62,621 nt of DNA, filler included, from Anaerolineae bacterium (GCA_029262755.1; 6 parts of 6 records of this genome joined end to end with filler, not necessarily neighbours in it); one strand, 5' to 3'. Shown: positions 49,898 to 59,725, counted from the first letter of the whole stretch. The notes: generated from the letters alone by a model not told the origin. Numbers and translations are program-made.

Positions 49898-52048
49898 CTA
49901 CCGTATCACCGCCGGTAGGTAGAGGGTACCGGGCGAGGACGTCTCCGTAGGTCGTGGAGTCGGCGCCTGCTCATCGACGATCTCGACGACCAAGACTCCG
50001 GCCCGGCCGGCGGCGAGCCACACCATGCCGTCCGACACGGCTGTGTCGAACACCGGCGCGCCCAGGTCCAATTCCGCACGTTGGTAGATCTCGCTCGCTG
50101 TGCTTGCCATCAACCGCACGCCGCCCGAGCCGAGCGATCCGCCGCCCGCGGTGTACCATCCAAGGATCGTCGCGTCCGGTCCAGCGATGTCCAAGCCCGT
50201 GATGTTGCCAGGCACGTCGAAGGGGCCGATCGGCTGGTCGGCCAGCGCGCCATCCGGTGTCAACGGCCACGCGACAACTCCAAGGCTGCGCAGCGCAGCC
50301 CAAAGCCGCCGCTCCCCGGCGGCCAATTGGTCGACGGTGGTAAACGTGCTGGGTGCCGGCACCGTCAGCGGCTCCATCAGGACCGGATCGCCGCTCAGCG
50401 GCGCCCACCATAGTCCGAGAGCGGGGAACGCCGCGTTTGCATGTCCCCATGCTCGTCCCCCGGACACGGCATAGACGCGCGCATTTCGCACCCCTGTCAG
50501 GGTGGTGAGCGTGCCATCCTCGCGCAGCCAGAGCGGCTGTGCGCCGCCGCTGAGGAAGAGGTTCCCTTCGTCGCCAACCAGGTGCCGGGGGTAAACGGTG
50601 GAGCGCTCGGGCACCGGCAGGTCGAGCGGCGGCAGCTCCGCCGCGTCGCCGTCCGCGTTCGCAGCGAAGCGTTGTATCCGGCTGCGAGTCAGCACCACGA
50701 CTTCGTCATGCCCGCGCGCAGCGACGTCGAAGCCCTCTTCGCGCGGCGGTAGCGCGCGAGTCCGCATGGCGGTGCCGCCCTCCAGCGTTGCGAGCCGCGT
50801 GCCTGCGCGTTCCAAGGCCCAGCCACGATGACCGCGGGCGGCGACCCGCTCCGCATCGAAGGTCGGCTGTTCCCACCATCCAAGCGGCTCGGGCTGCAAG
50901 CCGTCGCGGACGTCGTAGGCCTGCTGTGCGACGCTGTCCTGACGCACGAGCATGCCACCGCCGGCTACCAGACCCATGCAATCGGGCGCGGCGCCGGCTA
51001 TGCGATCGGAATGGATCACCCGCGGACGTTCCGGCTCGCTGAGATCGAATCCGATGAGCCCCGGCCGTGCGTCACCCACCCAGACCCGTGTCCCTTCCGC
51101 CGCCGCGCAGAGTCCGACCAGCCCCTCCGGCCACCACGGTGCGCCGCCGGCCGAGGGGTCGCCCGCCACGATCCGCGGTTCATCCGGTCGAGACAGATCG
51201 ACAACCAGCCCGCGGCCGACGCCCGGCAGAAAGGCAACGTCACCAACGCGCAGGATATCGACCGCCGACGTGACCAAGCTCATGCGCGCAAGCTCCGTCG
51301 GCGCACGCGGATTGCTGACGTCAAGCACAACGAGCTCCTGGCCCCGCTCGCTGCCCGGAGCGCCGAGCAGCGCAAGGCCTATGTCCTCGTCCAAGCGCAG
51401 CGCGTGCACGTCGCGCCCAAGGCGAAAGCCGCCCGCGAGCACCGGCCCCGGCGCGCCCGCCCCGTCCGTTTCGAGCGCCACCACGGCCGTCGTGCCCCCC
51501 GCCAAGGACAACCAGGCCACGTCGTCTCTCGCCGCGATCGCGATCGGGCGCCCACGCAGCGCGAACGCCCCCAAGCTTTCCGGCCGCGACCCTGCCAGCT
51601 CCAACCACCGCAGCTCCGCGCCGGCCTCCCCCACGCTGCCGGCGACAACCACCCCGTTGCGCACGGGAGCGACCAGCGACGCAAGGGCGCGCCCTGCCGC
51701 TCCTTCCGCAAGCAGATCGAAGTCAGGCGAGGCCATGTCGATCATCCGCACTCGCGTCCCTAGGCCCACGACCAACCGCTCGCCTGAGAGCGCCATACCC
51801 CCCGGCGCACCACCGAAGCCGTCCACGACCCGCAGACTCGCCGACCCCTGCTGGGCCGCCGGTCGCGCCGCGGTCGTGGCCGGCACGACGGCCGGCGCGA
51901 TCATGGCAGCGGCAAGGAGCAGTGTGGGCAGCATGATGGCTGCCGTCCGGACGCGATGGATACACGATGGCGACCGCTCGGTCCTCGTACGCTCATGACT
52001 CGCCAAACGTCGTCGCATTGTGGAGGAGTGGACCCAGAATCGGTACAT
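49898..52048 (-). CDS. Secreted LVIVD-like repeat beta-propeller protein with C-terminal LYLP peptide
   Basis: LVVLDVSNPRAP, LVVDLSRPDEP, FDLSEPERP, AAGRAGVLVV; hydrophobic signal region; tail PTPRPT...GTLYLPAVIR. Start uncertain. Confidence 0.78.
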   Translation of the reverse strand: MYRFWVHSSTMRRRLASHERTRTERSPSCIHRVRTAAIMLPTLLLAAAMIAPAVVPATTAARPAAQQGSASLRVVDGFGGAPGGMALSGERLVVGLGTRVRMIDMASPDFDLLAEGAAGRALASLVAPVRNGVVVAGSVGEAGAELRWLELAGSRPESLGAFALRGRPIAIAARDDVAWLSLAGGTTAVVALETDGAGAPGPVLAGGFRLGRDVHALRLDEDIGLALLGAPGSERGQELVVLDVSNPRAPTELARMSLVTSAVDILRVGDVAFLPGVGRGLVVDLSRPDEPRIVAGDPSAGGAPWWPEGLVGLCAAAEGTRVWVGDARPGLIGFDLSEPERPRVIHSDRIAGAAPDCMGLVAGGGMLVRQDSVAQQAYDVRDGLQPEPLGWWEQPTFDAERVAARGHRGWALERAGTRLATLEGGTAMRTRALPPREEGFDVAARGHDEVVVLTRSRIQRFAANADGDAAELPPLDLPVPERSTVYPRHLVGDEGNLFLSGGAQPLWLREDGTLTTLTGVRNARVYAVSGGRAWGHANAAFPALGLWWAPLSGDPVLMEPLTVPAPSTFTTVDQLAAGERRLWAALRSLGVVAWPLTPDGALADQPIGPFDVPGNITGLDIAGPDATILGWYTAGGGSLGSGGVRLMASTASEIYQRAELDLGAPVFDTAVSDGMVWLAAGRAGVLVVEIVDEQAPTPRPTETSSPGTLYLPAVIR

Positions 52049-52093
52049 GGATCTGCCTTTTGGTACGTAGAACGGGGGCCGAGGCCGTGGACG

Positions 52094-52183
52094 TGTGGGT
52101 CGCACAGTGTTGGCCGCACATGTTGGCCGCACGTGTTGGCCGCACGTGCTGGCCGCGCAGTGCTCGCCGCACAGTGTGCGACC
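52094..52183. repeat. Six tandem 13-14-bp direct repeats (TGYTGGCCGCAC-R) bounded by a 9-bp inverted repeat
   Basis: tgtgggtcgcacag/tgttggccgcaca/tgttggccgcacg/tgttggccgcacg/tgctggccgcgcag/tgctcgccgcacag. GGTCGCACA (52098-52106) is the reverse complement of TGTGCGACC (52175-52183). Confidence 0.9.
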
Positions 52184-52572
52184 GCGAGAGCCGCAGGAAC
52201 CTGAGCTGGACGATGGCGATGCATGAGAGCGTGGAGCGAGCCTTGGGGCCGCGACCGGATCGAGGGGGAGTGTCGCTCCGCCCTACCTACCTGGCCACGT
52301 CTGCTCGCGTTGCTCTACACGACACGCACGCGTTGCCTCACGGGACGGGCTCCTACTCTCGATGTGTCCGGGCCATTCGCAGGGGACACGCACGAACAGC
52401 CGCGACCTGGCCGGACACGCAGCAGCCTGGATCACGTCATGTAGCCCCGCGCCGCCAAGGTTCGCGGCCGCTCATATGGTTCTCGCCAGCCCTCTACCCG
52501 CCCCGGGCGAGCTTCGATCGCGCTGTTCGTAATTGAGTTCGCGGAGCGTCGGGTGCCCTTGCACGAGGGCCG

Positions 52573-53271
52573 CTAGCAGTCCCGATCGTCCACCAGGTTC
52601 CCCTGCGGATCGTAGAGCTCCGCTTCGTCGTCGTCGTTGTTCCAGATATAGCTCGTCGTCCAGCGCAGCCTCCCGCTTCCGGACGACGGCGCATCGGGAC
52701 CGCTGTGGACGGTGACGCTCTCGCCGGGCCCCAAGAGGTAGCTGCCAAAGCTGTAGCGTTGTGGCCCCACGACGGAGAGGATCTCCCAGTTGCGCAGGTT
52801 CCCGGTCGTTCCGCCGACGTTCGTGATGCGGACGTACTCGTCCCTCGTGTCACACCGCAGGTAGCCGATGATCAGATCCGCCGGTGGCGGAAGCGTGGCC
52901 GTCGGCACGAGGGTCGCGGTGGGAGTGATCGTGGGCGTCGGGGTGAGCGTGGCTGTCGATGTATTCGTGGGCGAAGGGGTGATGGACGGCGTCAATGTGA
53001 GCGTCGGCGAGGGTGTGATCGAAGGGGTCAGTGTGGGGGTGGAAGTAGCGGTTCGCGTTGGCGTGAAGGTGGGAATGACCGGAGTTGGGAGGTCATCGAC
53101 ATCCACGCCCTGAAGCGTAATCGGGAGGTACACGCGACCCCTGTCCGGTGACTGGGCGCGCACAACCGGCTGCGCCGCTGCGCCCGTCCCAAGCAGGACG
53201 GCAGCGACGAGCGCCGTGCTTCGCAGGCCGGTGGGGCAGACTGTCCACCACCTCCTCCGGCCGCTCATCAT
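52573..53271 (-). CDS. Secreted lamin-tail-domain (LTD) protein with N-terminal VYLP peptide and long Pro/Thr linker
   Basis: EYVRITN...NLRNWEI...LGPGESVTVHSG...IWNNDDDEAELYDPQGNLVD is LTD-like. ATG 53271 overlaps the upstream stop (ATGA). Confidence 0.85.
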   Translation of the reverse strand: MMSGRRRWWTVCPTGLRSTALVAAVLLGTGAAAQPVVRAQSPDRGRVYLPITLQGVDVDDLPTPVIPTFTPTRTATSTPTLTPSITPSPTLTLTPSITPSPTNTSTATLTPTPTITPTATLVPTATLPPPADLIIGYLRCDTRDEYVRITNVGGTTGNLRNWEILSVVGPQRYSFGSYLLGPGESVTVHSGPDAPSSGSGRLRWTTSYIWNNDDDEAELYDPQGNLVDDRDC

Positions 53272-53927
53272 CGAACGCATGCGAGTCCCTGCGCTTGAAT
53301 GTCGGCAAGACGCTTCGCGCCGATGCCCTTGATTCGGGAAAGGTCGGCAACGGATCGATATGGACGAAGTTGAATGGCCGCAGGCCCGCGCACTTCGTCG
53401 AGATGCATGATGCGGCGCATCTCCTCGAGCGAGGCCGTGTTGATGTCGACGCAATCGGACTGGACCTCAGGCGCGGGCGGCGGAGGCACGTTCGTAGGTG
53501 ACTGCGGTACTTCCGTTGCTGGGATCGCGGTCGCCGGCACCGCCGTCGGCGGCAGCGGCGTGCTCGTTGCCGGCTCGGCCGTGGACGTCGGCAGCGCGGC
53601 CGTGCGGGTCGGTGCCGGGGTGCGGGACGGACGGGCCGTGCGGGTGGGCGGGCGCTCAGTGGCGGTCGCCTCGGCCATAGTAGTAGAAGTGGACTGCGCG
53701 GGCTCCGCCTCCTCTGCGGGTGTGCTCGTTGCGCCGATCGTGTCGGTTTGGACGGTCGAGGGCCGATCCGTTGGCGGTTCGTCGCCGATGTTCACGGCGG
53801 CGACGCCGAGGCCGAGGCCGCCGGCCACGACGGCGGCTTTGCCCCAGGCGCCGCGCTTCCAAAGGGACTGGACGCCGCCGGCAGTGGTGCGTGCGATGTC
53901 GCGTCCGACGTTGTTGGACTTAGCCAC
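53268..53927 (-). CDS. ComEA-like helix-hairpin-helix DNA-binding membrane protein
   Basis: VDINTASLEEM...RPYRSVADLSRIKGIGAKRL; N-terminal hydrophobic anchor and Pro/Thr linker; AGGAG before GTG 53927. Confidence 0.85.
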   Translation of the reverse strand: MAKSNNVGRDIARTTAGGVQSLWKRGAWGKAAVVAGGLGLGVAAVNIGDEPPTDRPSTVQTDTIGATSTPAEEAEPAQSTSTTMAEATATERPPTRTARPSRTPAPTRTAALPTSTAEPATSTPLPPTAVPATAIPATEVPQSPTNVPPPPAPEVQSDCVDINTASLEEMRRIMHLDEVRGPAAIQLRPYRSVADLSRIKGIGAKRLADIQAQGLACVR

Positions 53928-54127
53928 GGTTGGTTCTCCTGCAGGAATGGCGGGATCGAGCGTCGAGTAATGACGCGCGCGGCGATGTTTAGCACAAGAT
54001 ACGCGATGGGTGCCAATAGCGATTATGGGTATCCATGGCCGCGGCCACTCGACTCGACTCTGCTATTCTGACGTTCTGAAGATCGGATCAACCGAACAGG
54101 AACCGGACCTATCAGGGGGATTAGGGG

Positions 54128-54439
54128 ATGACTTTAGATACGGAGCTCGTTCCTGGTACGGAGGTGCGCGTTGCACAGCGCGGGCAGATCACGCTTCCCA
54201 AGGCGTTTCGTGATGCGTATGCAATCCGAGAGGGCGATGTGCTTACCGTCGTCGATATCGGGGACGCGCTCGTTCTCGCCGTTGGACGGACGGGCATAGA
54301 TCGGATCGCAGACGAGCTTGCGGCGGAGCTCGCGGCGCGAGGCGAGACGCTTGAGAGCATGCTCGACGCCGTTCGTGAGGCTCGGGAGCGCTATGACACC
54401 GACCCTGACCCAAAACCTGACCCAGAACCAGAACGTTGA
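54128..54439 (+). CDS. AbrB/MazE/SpoVT-family antitoxin
   Basis: VAQRGQITLPKAFRDAYAIREGDVL; overlaps the downstream PIN gene. Confidence 0.9.
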   Translation: MTLDTELVPGTEVRVAQRGQITLPKAFRDAYAIREGDVLTVVDIGDALVLAVGRTGIDRIADELAAELAARGETLESMLDAVREARERYDTDPDPKPDPEPER

Positions 54440-54933
54440 GTCGAAACGCAGACCCCGAGTCGGCGCCTCATGAGGCACATCGGTTCCGGGTCTTCCTCGA
54501 TACAAGCGTGTTGGTAGCCGCGGTCTTTTCGCCCACAGGCGGCTCCCGCGCGCTTCTGAACCTTGGGGCCCTTGGGTTGCTGCACCCGGTCGTCGGCCCG
54601 CGGGTCCTGTCTGAACTGGACGAGGCCCTGCTTCGGAAAGCCGCTCAACTGCGGCCGCGCGCGGCGAGCCTGCTTGCGGTGGGACGCGTCGAGACGGCGC
54701 CTCCGGCGAGGTCCGACCTCCTCGAGAGAGTGCACGCGGCGGTACGCTATGCGCCTGACGCCCACGTCGCGGCCGAAGCGCTGGGCGCCGAGGTCGAGCT
54801 CATGGCGTCCCTGGACCGTCGTCACTTGGTGGGCAACCCCGCCTTTGCCTCGATCGGTCTCCGTGTGGAGACGCCCGGCGATGTGCTCTCGTGGTTCCGC
54901 GAGCAGGCGACGGGCCGAGGCGTGTCCGCATAG
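54436..54933 (+). CDS. PIN-domain toxin (VapC-like)
   Basis: RVFLDTSVLVAA, conserved acidic residues in LSEL, PDAHV and SLDRRHL. Confidence 0.88.
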   Translation: MSRNADPESAPHEAHRFRVFLDTSVLVAAVFSPTGGSRALLNLGALGLLHPVVGPRVLSELDEALLRKAAQLRPRAASLLAVGRVETAPPARSDLLERVHAAVRYAPDAHVAAEALGAEVELMASLDRRHLVGNPAFASIGLRVETPGDVLSWFREQATGRGVSA

Positions 54934-55040
54934 CCCTGCGCCACACCATTCGCGCTGCTTGACGCAGTCTATCGGAAGAAATAGCCTGTTGCCGAGTCCT
55001 TGGACGCGCCTCTCGGTCATCTCCCTTCGAGTACACCACC

Positions 55041-56012
55041 ATGAAGATTGCCGTCGCCAATACCGATTACAATTGGTACTCGTTTCTACGCGACCGATCG
55101 ATCGCGCGTGAAGTTGAAGGCGCCGATTCTCGCGAGCCGGAAGAGATCAATTTCTGGCGGCCGTCTTCGGGTCAGGCATTCCGAATGCTGAAGCCAGGCG
55201 AGCCCTTCCTCTTCAAGCTGAAGGCGCCGCGCAACATGATCGCCGGAGGCGGCTTCTATCTGGACCATCATAAGCAACTGCCTCTCAAGCTGGCATGGGA
55301 CGCCTTCGGGCAAGCCAACGGGGCGAAGTCTCTCGATACGCTGCGCAGCTTGATCGCGAAGTACCGGGGCGGGGACGTCACCGACTACGGCACGCAGATT
55401 GGTTGCATTCTGTTGTCGCAGCCGGTGTTCTTCGCGCCGGAAGACTGGGTGCCCGTGCCGCCGGACTGGAAGCCCAACATCGTGAGCTACAAGGGATACG
55501 ACACCGATACAACCCTCGGGCGATCGCTGTGGGATCGCGTGAAGCTGTTGTTGTCCGCGCCGTTCAGCCGCCCAGACCGCCTCAGTGAGAAGACTTCGAT
55601 CCCGATCGAGGAGATGTTCGGCGATCCTCGGCCGGTCCGTCCGCGTCGCGGACAAGGATCGTTCCGCACACTGGTAACAGAGACCTATGAGTACCGGTGT
55701 GCGGTCACGGCAGGCAAGATCCTGCCCGTGCTCGAGGCGGCGCATATCCGGCCCGTCACCTCAGAAGGCCTTCACGATATCGCTAACGGCATCTTGCTTC
55801 GGTCAGACATCCACACCCTCTTCGATCGCGGCTTCGTCACCATCACGCCCGATCTCAAGTTCCGCACCAGCTCACGGCTGCTCGATGAGTTCAACAACGG
55901 CGAAGAGTATCGCAGGCTAGAGGGCCAGAAAGTGTGGACGCCGTCGAACCAGATCGAGAGGCCGGACCGAGAGCTCTTGGCGTGGCACGGAGATTCGGTG
56001 TTCATTCGCTAA
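55041..56012 (+). CDS. HNH endonuclease (putative restriction endonuclease)
   Basis: RRGQGSFR, YRCAVT, LEAAHIRP, NGILLRSDIHTLFDRG; ~190-aa N-terminal domain containing EINFWRP. Confidence 0.9.
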   Translation: MKIAVANTDYNWYSFLRDRSIAREVEGADSREPEEINFWRPSSGQAFRMLKPGEPFLFKLKAPRNMIAGGGFYLDHHKQLPLKLAWDAFGQANGAKSLDTLRSLIAKYRGGDVTDYGTQIGCILLSQPVFFAPEDWVPVPPDWKPNIVSYKGYDTDTTLGRSLWDRVKLLLSAPFSRPDRLSEKTSIPIEEMFGDPRPVRPRRGQGSFRTLVTETYEYRCAVTAGKILPVLEAAHIRPVTSEGLHDIANGILLRSDIHTLFDRGFVTITPDLKFRTSSRLLDEFNNGEEYRRLEGQKVWTPSNQIERPDRELLAWHGDSVFIR

Positions 56013-56405
56013 TCTAGCTTCAGCACTACCCCGCAGTGGCGCGCCACAGCGGAAGGGCCGGTTGCCGGGGCACGCTACCCGTGCGGCTCCGATTGCTCAC
56101 TCGTCCAAACCGCCAACAACCTCCTTCGCATCGTGTGGCACATCGCAGTACCGAGTGTTGCGGCGTGCCGCAGAACGCACGGTGTGACCCGACGGACTTG
56201 GAGGGTGATACCGGAGCCCGAGGGCACCGCGCCCCCCGCCGAAGCCCAGCGTGCCAACGTCGCCCCCCCGCGTGCACGACCTAGCGCGTCCACCTGCCCT
56301 GCCGTCGAACGGGCGATAGGACGGCAGGCCGCATGGCGTATCATTGCCGCTACCTGTTGCTGCGCTACATCTCTGGTTGGAGCCGTGCGTGATCGAGAGT
56401 GGGAT

Positions 56406-57407
56406 ATGACGTGGAGCGGGACCGACTCCCATCTGGCGAGCTTTCCGGAGCAGAACCCCAATCCGGTCTTCGAGCTCGACGGTCGGGGCCGGGTGATCTA
56501 CCTGAACCCGGTCGCGGAGGAGCGCTTCCCCGACTTGTCGGCGCGGGGGGCGGAGCATCCGCTGGTCGGAGGCTTCCAGCCCCTTCAGGACGCGCTCGCC
56601 CAAGCGGGTGAGGGATTTCTCGCCCGGGAGGTCGATCTGGGTACGGCGGTCTTCGAGCAGAAGATCTGTCGGCGCGGCGACTCCGCCGACTCGGGGCTGC
56701 GCGTCTTCGTGCACGACGTGACCGATCTTCGCCGGGCGCATGGCGCGATCCGCGCGCTTGCGCGGCGGGTGCTCGACGCCCAAGAGGAGGAGCGGCGGCG
56801 CATTTCGCGAGAGCTGCACGACGATGCCGGACAAGCCCTCACCGCTCTGCGCATCGCCCTCGGCTTGCTGGCCGACGAGCCGCCGGAAACCACCAAGGCC
56901 CTGCGGCACGAGCTGTTGGGCGTGCGCGAGCTCGTCGACGAGACCCGCGAACGCATCCGGCGCCTCGCGCTTGGCTTGCGACCCTCGCTGCTGGACGTGA
57001 TGGGGCTCGAGGAAGCGATCGCCGCCGAATGCGAGAGCTTCGCGCGGCGCACCGGGATCGATGTCGACTGCTCCGGAGAATTGCCCGCCCAACTGGGCGA
57101 TGCAAGCGCCACGGCGGTCTTTCGTTTCGTGCAAGAGGGCTTGAGCAACGTCGTGCGCCACGCAGGCACCGCGCGCGTGGCGGTGGGTTTGCGGGAGCGG
57201 GCCCGCCACGCGGAGGTCGAATTGTCTGACGACGGGCGCGGCTTCGAGCCCACGGACGCACGGCTCTCGGCCGGGGTCGGCCTGCGTGGCCTCGAAGAGC
57301 GCTTCGCCTTGCTCGGCGGCGGCTTCGAGATCGACAGCCGTCCCGGCCACGGCACGCGTTTGCGGGCGTGGCTGCCCCATGGTGTGGCAGAGGCGGAAGG
57401 CGCATGA
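56406..57407 (+). CDS. PAS-domain sensor histidine kinase, NarX/HisKA_3 type
   Basis: SFPEQNPNPVFE (PAS-like), QEEERRRISRELHDDAGQ, QEGLSNVVRHA, DDGRGF, GVGLRG. Confidence 0.93.
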   Translation: MTWSGTDSHLASFPEQNPNPVFELDGRGRVIYLNPVAEERFPDLSARGAEHPLVGGFQPLQDALAQAGEGFLAREVDLGTAVFEQKICRRGDSADSGLRVFVHDVTDLRRAHGAIRALARRVLDAQEEERRRISRELHDDAGQALTALRIALGLLADEPPETTKALRHELLGVRELVDETRERIRRLALGLRPSLLDVMGLEEAIAAECESFARRTGIDVDCSGELPAQLGDASATAVFRFVQEGLSNVVRHAGTARVAVGLRERARHAEVELSDDGRGFEPTDARLSAGVGLRGLEERFALLGGGFEIDSRPGHGTRLRAWLPHGVAEAEGA

Positions 57408-58045
57408 TCCGCGTGCTCGTGGCGGATGATCACCACCTGGTGCGCGAAGGGATCGTGGCGTTGCTCGAACGCGCGCCGGGCATCGAGGTCGTCGGGCAGG
57501 CGGCGGACGGCGAGGCGGCCGTGGCGGCGGCCATGGAGCTGCGGCCGGACGTGCTCGTGATGGACGTGACGATGCCGCGGCTCAACGGGCTTCGCGCCAC
57601 CGAGCAACTCCGCGAGGCGCATTGCCCAGCGGCCGTCGTGCTGCTAACGATCCACCACGATGAGGCGATCGTACGGCGCGCGCTGGCTGCCGGCGCGATG
57701 GCATTCGTGCCGAAGCAGGAGGTCACCGAGGAGTTGCTCCTGGCCATCCGCGCCGCCGCGCATGGCGCTACCTATCTCAGTCCCGGCGTCTCGAGCGCCG
57801 TGCGCGGACTGGAAGCGGCGCTGCCCGCGGGCGCGGAGACCGGGGTTACCGAGCGCGAGCGTGAGGTCTTGCGCTTGGTCGCGGACGGGCTGACGAGCCG
57901 CGAAGTAGCCCACCGCCTTTCGCTGAGCGTGCGCACTGTCGAACGCCACCGCACCAACCTCATGGCCAAGCTCGGGGCCACCAACGTCGTCGAGCTACTG
58001 CGCGAAGCCGTGCGCAAGGACCTTCTCGAACTCGACGAGCGCTGA
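57404..58045 (+). CDS. NarL/LuxR-family response regulator
   Basis: IRVLVADDH, DVLVMDVTMP, TEREREVLRLVADG...SVRTVERHR. ATGA overlap with the kinase. Confidence 0.95.
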   Translation: MIRVLVADDHHLVREGIVALLERAPGIEVVGQAADGEAAVAAAMELRPDVLVMDVTMPRLNGLRATEQLREAHCPAAVVLLTIHHDEAIVRRALAAGAMAFVPKQEVTEELLLAIRAAAHGATYLSPGVSSAVRGLEAALPAGAETGVTEREREVLRLVADGLTSREVAHRLSLSVRTVERHRTNLMAKLGATNVVELLREAVRKDLLELDER

Positions 58046-58062
58046 GCATGCGCTCACCGCAC

Positions 58063-58103
58063 TGGCGGGATCCCGACAGCGGGCCTGTCGGGTTCCCTCG
58101 CCA
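58063..58103. promoter_or_regulatory. Imperfect inverted repeat (hairpin or operator) between the response regulator and the next operon
   Basis: gggatcccgacag-cgggc-ctgtcgggttccc; no U-tract follows. Confidence 0.4.
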
Positions 58104-58188
58104 CGCCGCGGCTGCAATCCCCGATGTGCTCGGATCCTTCCTCGCGTAGCATCGCCTGTGGACTTGATCCGAACTTCGAGGAGGCCTC

Positions 58189-59175
58189 ATGATCGCACGC
58201 ACATCCAGCCCCACGGTATCCGAGGGGCCCGCAGCGCACGGTGCTTCGCCGGTCGACCTGGCTCTCGTCGTCGGATCGCGGGCGCGCATGGCTTGGCTGA
58301 TGGGAGCCCTCCTCGTCGGCATCGTGGCGGCCGGCTTCTGGAACTACCACGTGGTCGACGGCATCGGCCGCGACGTGATCGCCGGCGGCACGATCGGCGA
58401 CACGAGCGCGCTGGCGGGAGCCTTCGCGACGCGCGGCGCCGCCTTCGGCTTCCTCTTCGCCGCCGTGGCCGGACTGGCGGCGACCTTCACGGCCTGCAAC
58501 TGCGTCGTCTTCTCCATGCTGCCCGGCTTGGCTTGCTCCACCGATGCCGCGCAGGGTCGGCGGGCGGCGGTCCGCGCGCTGCTGGCCTTCGTGCTCGGCG
58601 TCTGCGCGATCTGCCTACCCTATGGGGCGTTCATCGGCTTCCTTGGCGGTGAGGGGATCGCCGCCTTCAACGAACGGGCCGTGCGCCTGGCCCGCGCGCA
58701 GGCGATCTTCTCGACGCTCGGCCTCGTGATGTTGGCCTGGGGCCTCGTCGAGTTGGGCTTCTTCGGTGGACTGCGCCGGCGTTTGCCGGTGGAGACGCGG
58801 CGCGTGCTCGGCGCGCCGTCGAGCCGTGGGCTCGCCATGGGCCTCCTGGTCGGGCTCTTCGCCATCGGGCGCCCGTTCCCGGTGATGGCCGATTTCATGC
58901 AGTACGCGGCCGAATCGGGCAACCCGCTCTACGGCGCGGCGGTGATGGGCGTCCAGGGTCTGGGACAGGTTGCCGTGATGGTAGTATTGTTCGCGCTGCT
59001 GGTCGGCATCTTCGGTCGGCGTCTGGCCCAATGGACGGTACGGGCGCCGCATCAGGCGCAGATCTTGGGCGCCGTTGCGCTCCTTGCCGGCGGCGCGTTC
59101 TTCTTCTATTACTGGGGCCTCGCCTTCGCCTTCGACATCGGTCGTTGGGGCTTCCGCCTGGGCTGGTACGGATGA
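58189..59175 (+). CDS. Multi-pass membrane protein, distantly CcdA/DsbD-like
   Basis: Seven to eight hydrophobic helices; GLAATFTACNCVVFSMLP resembles the CcdA first-Cys motif; GAGGAGG RBS. Confidence 0.65.
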   Translation: MIARTSSPTVSEGPAAHGASPVDLALVVGSRARMAWLMGALLVGIVAAGFWNYHVVDGIGRDVIAGGTIGDTSALAGAFATRGAAFGFLFAAVAGLAATFTACNCVVFSMLPGLACSTDAAQGRRAAVRALLAFVLGVCAICLPYGAFIGFLGGEGIAAFNERAVRLARAQAIFSTLGLVMLAWGLVELGFFGGLRRRLPVETRRVLGAPSSRGLAMGLLVGLFAIGRPFPVMADFMQYAAESGNPLYGAAVMGVQGLGQVAVMVVLFALLVGIFGRRLAQWTVRAPHQAQILGAVALLAGGAFFFYYWGLAFAFDIGRWGFRLGWYG

Positions 59176-59725
59176 GCAAAACGACACCTCCTCCGCCTCC
59201 GACGCGCGACGCCGTCTCGCGCGGTTCGGCCATTCTCCTCTTGGTGGCTCTGCTCGGCGGGGTCGTCTACCTCAATCGAACCAGCAGCGCGATGGGCGCC
59301 GTGGCGCCGGGGCGCGATGCCGACAGCGAGGGCCTCGGGACGGCTGCCACGTCGCCCCACGGACTACGCTTCCGCGATGTTACGGCCCTGGCCGGCGTGG
59401 ACTTCCAGCATCAGGGTCCGCGTCTGGATCCCGTCCTCGACCCGATCATGCCGCTGGTGGCCTCGATGGGCGCCGCGGTGTCCATGGTGGATTACGATGG
59501 GGACGGGTGGCAGGATCTCTACGTCGTCCAGAGTGCCCACGGTCGAGCCAACGCCCTCGACCGCAACCTGGGGGACGGGCGCTTCGAGGACGTGGCGGCC
59601 GAGCTGGGCGTGGCGGATCTGAACGCCACCGGCACGGGCGTGTCGATGGGCTCGGTATGGGCGGACGCAGACGGCGACGGCTTCGAGGACCTGCTGCTCT
59701 ACAAGTGGGGCCGGCCCGAGCTCTG
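59172..59725 (+). CDS. CRTAC1/ASPIC-UnbV-like VCBS repeat protein, 3' truncated by the gap
   Basis: N-terminal anchor, FRDVTALAGVDF, DYDGDGWQDLYV, RNLGDGRFEDVA, DADGDGFEDL. ATGA overlap with the upstream gene. Confidence 0.82.

Noticed and set aside
52094..52183. Repeat array as a CRISPR array
   Set aside because: Units are 13-14 bp with no spacers, and no cas genes are present.
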